Below are positions 1 through 7,217 of a stretch of 64,000 nucleotides of DNA, one piece after another. Position 1 is the first letter of the stretch. The number at the start of each line of letters is the position of its first letter. Origin of the DNA: Propionibacteriaceae bacterium UBA6238 (GTDB lineage: Bacteria > Actinomycetota > Actinomycetes > Propionibacteriales > Propionibacteriaceae); contig DJWE01000011.1 of the NCBI GenBank assembly GCA_002441465.1, positions 3,211 through 67,210 on the forward strand, written 5' to 3'. Position numbers and translations under genes: made by a program. The notes beneath the pieces were generated by a model. It was not told where the DNA came from, did no database searches, and worked only from the letters and a program-made list of their open reading frames with translations.

Positions 1-2
1 GG

Positions 3-1448
3 CCGCTGAGGGCCTACACAGAGTCGGAGCTAGGTGCGGTCTGCAGCGCCGAAGGTCTCGACGAGGTCGACTTCGATCGAATCGAACTGCGTCTTCCCGG
101 CATCTTGGCGCTGGCGCGTGCCCATGGACTGAACAACGAACCGGTTTCGACGCATGCCCTTCGCGCTCAGGCTGCGCAGAGGTGGATCAGCCGCGAGTCA
201 GCCATCGAGACAGACGCTCGACGATGCTTGTGGAAATCTGCAGGTGAGGCGTGGATGGCGTCAGGGGAATGGTCCTTGAGTGCGTCCACCGTCACGACGG
301 GGGTGCCTGACGCATATTCTTCTAGCAGCGTTCCCACCTCGCCCTTTGTCCGTCGAGGAGGAAGATTGGTGTTTCAGAGTCCCGCGTGGGCAGACGTGGC
401 TGTCGCCGAGGCGCTTCTCGATGCGATTGAGGCGCGAGACCTGCCGAACTGCGCTGTCCCCATCTCATCTCGTGCGCTTGATGCCGCGCGGTCGTTGCGG
501 TCGGGCACTACACTCCAGGGGCTGCTGGACGACCTATTCTCGGATGCAGCCAAGCCGTCCTTCGGCGCTCACGGCTACCTCGCTCCTGCGCTTGGCACAC
601 TGTGGGCCTTGGTATCGCCGAGCCTGAACGTCTCTCAGTGCGATCTCAGTGGTCCGCCGAATCGTGAACTCGACACACCTCCTGAGTCGACGGTGAATAC
701 GGTTCAGATAGCCCTTGTCGAACTGCTCCGTGCCAACGTCCTCGCCCTGGCGCAGGAGTTGGCTACGGTGCACCCCGAAGCACCGTCCGCCTGGCGCGGC
801 GGCAACCGCCACTGGACCGTTGCTCGTGGTTGGGCGAGAACCCTTCGGGTCCTAGACACTATCCGAGACGCACTCGGTGACGAGGCGCTCACACTCTCGA
901 AGTGGAGGTACGAGGCAATTCTCGACGTTGCCGTGACCGATGCGACGACAGCCTTCCTTCGCGATGCGAGCGATGTGGGAGATGCGCTCTCCGGTAGGCG
1001 CTCGCCCGTATCCCAGCTGCTGGCCGACGTCTGGGATGGCGTCAACGACGGGCTCTGGGATCAGCTCGTTGGTGCCGAGCTCTCCGTCGCATCCGCGTTC
1101 ACGGTTCCAGACGGATGGGGGAAGTTGGAGGCACATCGATGCAGTCTGCAGAGGGCGCGGCTTGGCGCCAATGACGCTGCCGAATGGCGATTCGCCGGCT
1201 GCGATCTTCTGCTCTGTGACCTGCGTAGCTGTGCGAACCTGTCTCGCCGTTCTTTCGCGGAGAACACGAACTGGTGGGCTGCAATGCTCGAACCTGCGGT
1301 TCGGTATGACCTCTCGCGGGACTGCGCGGACCCCGATTTCGCGAACTGGTGTAAGGACCCACCATGGGTCAACCCGTACTGGGACGGAGGCTGGCCCAGA
1401 CCATTCGACGGCCTCTTGGAGGACCGAACAGAGGTGGCTCGAGGGTGA
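3..1448 (+). CDS. 5'-truncated large protein, probable STAND/NACHT-type NTPase C-terminal half with degenerate pentapeptide-like repeats
   Basis: The frame of ORF 105..1448 is open back to base 3 (PLRAYTESELGAV...IELRLPGILALA). LRLPGIL and LVFQSPAWADVAVAEAL resemble STAND helical and winged-helix motifs. The C-terminal LQRARL...FAGCDLLLCDLRSCANL is pentapeptide-like. Any P-loop would lie outside the window. Confidence 0.5.
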   Translation, partial: PLRAYTESELGAVCSAEGLDEVDFDRIELRLPGILALARAHGLNNEPVSTHALRAQAAQRWISRESAIETDARRCLWKSAGEAWMASGEWSLSASTVTTGVPDAYSSSSVPTSPFVRRGGRLVFQSPAWADVAVAEALLDAIEARDLPNCAVPISSRALDAARSLRSGTTLQGLLDDLFSDAAKPSFGAHGYLAPALGTLWALVSPSLNVSQCDLSGPPNRELDTPPESTVNTVQIALVELLRANVLALAQELATVHPEAPSAWRGGNRHWTVARGWARTLRVLDTIRDALGDEALTLSKWRYEAILDVAVTDATTAFLRDASDVGDALSGRRSPVSQLLADVWDGVNDGLWDQLVGAELSVASAFTVPDGWGKLEAHRCSLQRARLGANDAAEWRFAGCDLLLCDLRSCANLSRRSFAENTNWWAAMLEPAVRYDLSRDCADPDFANWCKDPPWVNPYWDGGWPRPFDGLLEDRTEVARG

Positions 1449-2353
1449 GACTGGCCAATGACCGACTGCGTGTAATCACCACTTCAGCCTGCAACCTGGA
1501 CTGCTTCTACTGTCACAACGAAGGCCAGTTGAAGGGATCAGCCTTCATGCCCTGGGGACTCTTCGACGCCGTAATGACGGCCGCCGGCGAGGCTGAGCGG
1601 GTTGATGAGGTCACCTTCAGCGGCGGTGAGCCGCTCATGCATCCGCAGATTGTCAGCATGGTCGATCGCGCCAAAGCTTTGGCCCCTCGACGGACTCTGG
1701 TTACGAACGGAACGCTGCTGACGGAGAACCTGGCAGCACACCTGTATGCGGCAGGGCTCTCGCGCATCCGCCTGGGCGTGGACTCCCTTCGGCCGCTCAA
1801 GCCCCGTCCATCCAAGGGCTTCTTGTCGTCGCCACTAGCGGTGGATGCAGTCATAGAAATGCTCGCGCGTATTGGATTGGAGGTAGATCTCAATGTGGTA
1901 ATCACTCGATTCAACGCGCGCGAACTGGGTGACATCGCCTCGCTGGCTATTGACAAGAACCTCAACGTCAAGTTCTTCGAACACGTGGACGTGACCCGGT
2001 TCGGGCACGACGGCAGCCTGGGGATCTACGGAGCGAGGCCTCAAGTTCCGTTCGATCAAGTCTTCGACGCGCTTGCACGCCAGGTCGGTCTGGAGGAGCT
2101 AGCCCCTTCTGCTGACTTTGGTGACGCCAATCTCTCGGGACGAGTTCGCTCCACAGAGATCCGATATTGCCGATACCTGTGCCCCTTCAGGCAGTGCTGG
2201 AGGACTGGTACTCGCGTGGACGCAGAGGGCTATGTCTACACGTGCATGTCGGGTCGAGGTGCAGTGCAGATCCAGGCTCCCTGGAACGCCTCGTCGGTAA
2301 TGGCTGCGCTCTCACGTGCCTCGGACGCGGCCGGGTGCCCGATACCAACGTGA
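1445..2353 (+). CDS. Radical SAM enzyme, MoaA/viperin-like, with C-terminal auxiliary Cys cluster
   Basis: CNLDCFYC (CxxxCxxC), FSGGEP, VTNG, C-terminal CPFRQC...RVDAEGYVYTC. The GTG at 1445 overlaps the upstream TGA (GTGA), so the true start is probably 1445 rather than 1364. Confidence 0.9.
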   Translation: MRLANDRLRVITTSACNLDCFYCHNEGQLKGSAFMPWGLFDAVMTAAGEAERVDEVTFSGGEPLMHPQIVSMVDRAKALAPRRTLVTNGTLLTENLAAHLYAAGLSRIRLGVDSLRPLKPRPSKGFLSSPLAVDAVIEMLARIGLEVDLNVVITRFNARELGDIASLAIDKNLNVKFFEHVDVTRFGHDGSLGIYGARPQVPFDQVFDALARQVGLEELAPSADFGDANLSGRVRSTEIRYCRYLCPFRQCWRTGTRVDAEGYVYTCMSGRGAVQIQAPWNASSVMAALSRASDAAGCPIPT

Positions 2354-2910
2354 TCATCGCAATCGAGGGTCTCGACGGCTCTGGCAAGACATCCGTGGGC
2401 GCTGCTCTGGCCGCGGAGTTGGGCGCCGAGTTCGTGTCTGGCACGCCAAGCAGCTGGCTCGGCGCAGACCTCAACACGTTGATGCGCGACTACACGGCAC
2501 CCGCTCGATATCTGCTCTACCTCGCGAGGGCCGTGTGGATCGGCCAGAGTTACACGGACTCCGAGTTGCCTGTAGTAGTCGATCGCTACCTCGCGAGTTG
2601 CCATGCGCTCCACGTGGGTGTGCCTCGGAAGTATCGCGACTCTCTTGCGGGACTGCCAGTGCCTCCTCCTAGCCTTGCGTTCTACTTGGACGTGAGCGAA
2701 CCCGAGCGGCTCCGCCGGCTCGCGATGCGCGGGCTTCCAGAGGATCCATTCGAGCGAGAGCTCCGCCAAGACGCCGAATTCAGAGCCTTGGTGCAGTGTC
2801 GGTTCATGGCCGGCGATGGGATGATCCACATACAGACTGACGGGCTTCCGGTCTGCGATGTCGCCTCCAGAGCGGCTGAGCGTGTCAGGTCAGCATTGGG
2901 GGTGGAGTGA
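2350..2910 (+). CDS. Thymidylate-kinase-fold nucleoside monophosphate kinase, CMPK2-like
   Basis: IAIEGLDGSGKT P-loop, VVVDRY motif, YLDVSEPERLRRLAMRG lid. GTG start at 2350 overlaps the radical SAM stop. Confidence 0.88.
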   Translation: MIIAIEGLDGSGKTSVGAALAAELGAEFVSGTPSSWLGADLNTLMRDYTAPARYLLYLARAVWIGQSYTDSELPVVVDRYLASCHALHVGVPRKYRDSLAGLPVPPPSLAFYLDVSEPERLRRLAMRGLPEDPFERELRQDAEFRALVQCRFMAGDGMIHIQTDGLPVCDVASRAAERVRSALGVE

Positions 2911-3797
2911 GCCGACACTCGGACGGTCGCGACTACGGCGTGCAGTGCGTCGTCGTTCAACCATCGTCGCGCTCGGTGCTGCTCGGCCTGCGCGTGGACA
3001 CGAGTGATTCCGGCAAGTGGGCGCTGCCAGGCGGGCACGTCGAGAGAGGCGAAGCACCGATAGACGCCGCGAAGCGAGAGCTTACTGAGGAGACCGGGCT
3101 GCAGTTGCTAGGCGCCGAGGTTCTGCCCGCATTCGTTACGTGGGATACGCCGGTACCGTATGTCCATTTTCCGGTTGTGGTGACCGAGGTAGGGGGAGAA
3201 CCCACAGTCCAGGCCGACGAGAAGTTCGCGTCACTGAGGTATTTCTCACTCGATCGCCTGCCTACTCCGCTGCTGAGTTCCTCCGCTGCGACCCTCACCG
3301 TTGCGAGGCAGCGGAGCGCGCGGGTCGCGATGCTGGCACAGGAGAATGCGTACCTGCAGATCGAGATGATCGCGCTCCACTCAGGCACTAGGCGCAATGC
3401 CGCGTGGACAATACGTGGCTACTTTGACGACGGGGAGGCCCAGAGAAATGAACTCGTCATCACTTGGGGCGCGCGGAGCAGGCTTCGACGATCCTTGAGG
3501 GTCGAGCGGTTTGATGAGCGGGATGCCGCGCTCGGGCGCTTGCGCTCCCTTGTGCTGAAGCGCCTGAGCCACGGGTACGAAATTATCGGTGTCGAAGGCA
3601 TCGGGCCACGAGCGCTTGAAGGGCTCTTGCCCGATACGAGGGTCACAGTTGTGAGTGCGGCGCTCCTCGATCGCCTGTGTGTCGATCCAATGGCGCGGGC
3701 CGCCTATCTTAATGAAGACCCGCAGGGACTGCTGTCGGCGCTACGAGAGGCAGACACCTGGCCGGATGACACAGAGACGCTCGATCCACTCTTCTAA
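2907..3797 (+). CDS. NUDIX hydrolase fused to a WGR-like domain
   Basis: Nudix box GGHVERGEAPIDAAKRELTEETGL. C-terminal LVITWGAR...KRLSHGY follows the WGR-domain pattern. GTGA overlap with the kinase gene. Confidence 0.8.
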   Translation: MSRHSDGRDYGVQCVVVQPSSRSVLLGLRVDTSDSGKWALPGGHVERGEAPIDAAKRELTEETGLQLLGAEVLPAFVTWDTPVPYVHFPVVVTEVGGEPTVQADEKFASLRYFSLDRLPTPLLSSSAATLTVARQRSARVAMLAQENAYLQIEMIALHSGTRRNAAWTIRGYFDDGEAQRNELVITWGARSRLRRSLRVERFDERDAALGRLRSLVLKRLSHGYEIIGVEGIGPRALEGLLPDTRVTVVSAALLDRLCVDPMARAAYLNEDPQGLLSALREADTWPDDTETLDPLF

Positions 3798-3850
3798 GCT
3801 AGTTCTGAATCGTGCTTCGCCGCATGTAACCTCGCGCGGAGGAAGATCTC

Positions 3851-6800
3851 TCAGTCCATCGACCAGTCGTCGTCCTCGAAGCCGAGAGTCCGAAGGTTCT
3901 CCCGGAGGGCACTGCGCTGGTCCTCGGTGAGCTTATCCAGCTTGTCTGACTCGAGGTCCACCGTGATGCGGAGAGGGACATCGTCGGTGGTGAAATGGAT
4001 GACGATCTCTTCATAGATCTGGGCAATGTCACGCACGCCGCGGTTCATGGACAAGGTCTTGGTGGCGTGGAATCGCGTCGGGATCGCAGCGCGGCGTGGG
4101 GGGCGCTCCTGGTTGCCGGGTTCGTCTGACTCGCCGGGCTGGCTGACTGGCTCGTCGGTGTCATCGCCGGGCGGAGTCTTTCTCGACTCGCGTTCTGCCC
4201 TCTCTCGCTTCTCCTGCTCGATCTGTTCCTCTGCGACACGGGGGTCGACGATGAGACCGGCTTGGTGGACATCGTGTGGTGCCGTCATCGTGAGGCCGAC
4301 GAACCGGTCGTTCTCGAACCCGTCCGCATAGGCGAAGCTGTCGTGGTCGATACTGATGACCTCATCGAGCCGCCAAACCGCGTCCATCACGATCTTCGGA
4401 TCAGTGACCTTCGGCATGTAGACATACTGGCTGAAGTAGCCGGTGACGGTCTGTACGGGGACGTACGGCTTATCCCTCCACAGGCCAAGGCGATCGATCT
4501 GCATGCGCAGGAGCGACGGCGAGAAGGTCTTCACGACGAACTCACCGGCCTCGGCCTTCTTCGTCACTCGCTGGGCGAGTGTGCCTTCGCCATTCATCAA
4601 GATGGCTTCAAGCTCGATGTCGGGCGACCCGGGTTCCTGCATCGGAACCAGAATCCACTTGTAGGCCTCACGGATCGCATCCGCGACCGCCTGCTTGGCC
4701 TGTGCGACGCGTGACTCGGCCACTCGAATGTTGTGCTGATCGAGGTTGAGCGACTCCTTGTTGCCGAGGATGTACTCCCAGCCCATGCGCTGGCGAACGT
4801 TGTTCAAGAGCACGTCGATGCGGTCAACCTCCGGCGCCAAGAACACCAGGCTGTTCTTGTGGATGCGGGCGTTTGTCCCGCGTTTGCTCAGGAACTCAAG
4901 TGCCGCCGCCTCGGCGGTCGACGTCGCGCGGCGCGAATACGCCCGATCTGGACCGAAGATCACAAGGCCGATGCCAGGACTGTCCTCAACATCGATGCTG
5001 CTCGGGGGGAGGCGATGCACCCGCTCGAAAACCCCCTTGTCGGTCTCCTGCCGGACGGCCGCCGCGAGTTCATCGAAGACCTGGTCCTCGTGGTACGCGT
5101 CTGCACGCTCCTGGACGATTTGGGCGACCGTTTGCTGCAGGGACAGCCAGTACCGATCTTGGTCACGATTCATGTACTTGCCGAGGTCGCCGAGGCGTCG
5201 CAGCCCGTCAGTCACATGTGCCGGGTTGTCGCCCGGGTAGGTGGCGCCGAGCACCACCCGCTTCTGCTCGATTCCGCGGATTGGTGCGGTGGAGCCGTCC
5301 CGCTGGCGAAGGTTCGCCAAGGGCGCGGTGCCAAGGAAGACGCAGCGAGCGGCCCGCTTCGTTGCCATCGATTTGCCGAGGATCTTGATCTCGCTGTCGA
5401 CCACGTTCGCCGTCGAAGTCTGCCCAGCAATGTCGGCATCGACGATCGGCTTCCACGCGTCATCCAAATGGTTGGCCAACTCATCGAACACCTTCGCGTT
5501 GTCCAGCGGGATGGACGCCGGCAAGATCATCGGCGACGTATCCCCACTGATCCACAGCGCGTACACCACCGTCGCCATGAGACGCAGGACCCCACGCGTG
5601 CGCTGGAATCGCTCCAAGGTCGACCAGTCCTTGTAGAGACGATCGAAGAGCTCTGGGTGAATCGGGTACGCCGCCTTCATGGAGGCGCGGTACCCCGGCT
5701 GCATCACCTCGCTGGGCACCTCTGACCCGTAGCGCAGATAGTGGTCCATGAAGCGTTGGATGACTAGATCGCGCGCGGCGTCCTGCTCGCCTCCGAACGG
5801 CTTGAAGATGCGCCGGCGAACGATCTCGAAGGACTCCTCCATCGTCGCGGGCTGCCACGGCGACTCCAGCCGGTGGATCACAGATCGCAGGTGACGAAGG
5901 GCCTCGAGGCCCGCGGTGCCCCCAATCTCATGGATGTTCTCGGCCGGCACATCAGCACCCGGCATGTCACGGACAAGGTCCGACGCTGGAAGCGACACAA
6001 CCAGGAGGGCGCTTGGGACAGACTTGACGGCCTCGGTGAGCGACTGGACGAACGTCATGTGCCTGTCGAACGTACCTGCCGGCGTCGGCTTGTCGGCCGA
6101 CCAGAGCTGCCGTAGATAGGCCACCCATTCGTCAACCAGGATGACGCACGGCGAGTACTTGGCGAGCACAGCAGCGAGATCGGTGGTGGTAGGCGGGTAG
6201 CCCTGCTCGTCGTAGCGCGCGAGCATCTCGAAACCGTCACGGCCGCCGAGCTGATAGGCGAGTTCGCCCCACATAGTATTGACATACGTACCGTCAGCCT
6301 TCTGGGAACCGAGCACCGACAGGTCATTCCCGACCAGCACCGCACGGCTCACCCGCGCTGGCATCGAATCCACGCCAACGTCCTCCAGTAGCCCGCGCAT
6401 GCCCGGCAGCTGGTCTGCCGGGGTACCGGAAGCGGCGTGGTAGACGGCGAGCAGAGAGTGGGTCTTGCCACCACCGAATGTCGTCATCAAGTCGATGACG
6501 GGTTCGCCGCCGAGCCCGGACAGGCGCGTGATGGCTTGCTCAAGGAGATACCGCAATCCACGGGTCAGGTAGGTGCGTCCGAAGAACTCCGTCGGGTCAC
6601 CATACTCAGGGCCTGCGACGCCCTGGTGAACCTGCCGCAAGTCGGCTGCGAACTGAGCGAGTTCGAAAGTGCCACGGGCGACGTCATCGTGAGGCTCCAC
6701 GACGTCCCGCCAGGCGGGGAGGCCAGCCGAGTCAAACTGAACGGACAGTGCCTTCTCTTGGGCCCGCTGGAGCCGTTTCTGATCTTCTTCGAACATCAGT

Positions 6801-7216
6801 CGGCGAAACTCACGTCGCATCTCGTCCGCTTGGTCCGCCTGCTGAACGGCCCCGACCGAGCGGAGCACGTGCTCACCGTCCATGAGTACGCGCTCAGTTC
6901 GCTCTGACGAGATCCGCTCGCCGTGCGCCCACTCCTTCCGTGCATCCCACAACGCTGACAGCGCGCGCTTATCCTCGAATGAGAGTTGCTCGCGGAAGAC
7001 CGCATGCCACTGCTTGTCCACGACCCAGAACAGATAGGCAGGGTCCGCCGGATTCGGCGTGGAATCTCGGCCTGTGAGCCCGGCCGTACGACCTACTTCC
7101 GCGGCCCAATCAAGGCCATACCTCGCCTGCAGAACCCCAACCATCCACGGCCCGAGCCCTTCGGCTACAAGGTCGAGGACTCGGCCGACCCGCTCCTTGT
7201 TGGTCAGGGATGCCAT
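3851..7216 (-). CDS. DUF499-family AAA+ ATPase with N-terminal Swt1/HEPN-like domain
   Basis: TFGGGKTH Walker A, ILVDEW Walker B, YPIHPEL, FQRTRGVLRL and FAADL motifs. N-terminal helical domain with degenerate ARKEWAH. Confidence 0.88.
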   Translation of the reverse strand: MASLTNKERVGRVLDLVAEGLGPWMVGVLQARYGLDWAAEVGRTAGLTGRDSTPNPADPAYLFWVVDKQWHAVFREQLSFEDKRALSALWDARKEWAHGERISSERTERVLMDGEHVLRSVGAVQQADQADEMRREFRRLMFEEDQKRLQRAQEKALSVQFDSAGLPAWRDVVEPHDDVARGTFELAQFAADLRQVHQGVAGPEYGDPTEFFGRTYLTRGLRYLLEQAITRLSGLGGEPVIDLMTTFGGGKTHSLLAVYHAASGTPADQLPGMRGLLEDVGVDSMPARVSRAVLVGNDLSVLGSQKADGTYVNTMWGELAYQLGGRDGFEMLARYDEQGYPPTTTDLAAVLAKYSPCVILVDEWVAYLRQLWSADKPTPAGTFDRHMTFVQSLTEAVKSVPSALLVVSLPASDLVRDMPGADVPAENIHEIGGTAGLEALRHLRSVIHRLESPWQPATMEESFEIVRRRIFKPFGGEQDAARDLVIQRFMDHYLRYGSEVPSEVMQPGYRASMKAAYPIHPELFDRLYKDWSTLERFQRTRGVLRLMATVVYALWISGDTSPMILPASIPLDNAKVFDELANHLDDAWKPIVDADIAGQTSTANVVDSEIKILGKSMATKRAARCVFLGTAPLANLRQRDGSTAPIRGIEQKRVVLGATYPGDNPAHVTDGLRRLGDLGKYMNRDQDRYWLSLQQTVAQIVQERADAYHEDQVFDELAAAVRQETDKGVFERVHRLPPSSIDVEDSPGIGLVIFGPDRAYSRRATSTAEAAALEFLSKRGTNARIHKNSLVFLAPEVDRIDVLLNNVRQRMGWEYILGNKESLNLDQHNIRVAESRVAQAKQAVADAIREAYKWILVPMQEPGSPDIELEAILMNGEGTLAQRVTKKAEAGEFVVKTFSPSLLRMQIDRLGLWRDKPYVPVQTVTGYFSQYVYMPKVTDPKIVMDAVWRLDEVISIDHDSFAYADGFENDRFVGLTMTAPHDVHQAGLIVDPRVAEEQIEQEKRERAERESRKTPPGDDTDEPVSQPGESDEPGNQERPPRRAAIPTRFHATKTLSMNRGVRDIAQIYEEIVIHFTTDDVPLRITVDLESDKLDKLTEDQRSALRENLRTLGFEDDDWSMD

Positions 7217-7217
7217 G

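Noticed and set aside
1445..2353. Calling the radical SAM gene moaA, or a canonical prokaryotic viperin
   Set aside because: There are no Moco genes nearby, GTP-binding positions are altered and the C-terminal GG is absent. It also retains auxiliary-cluster cysteines and lacks the viperin N-x-H...CxxxCxxCF pattern.
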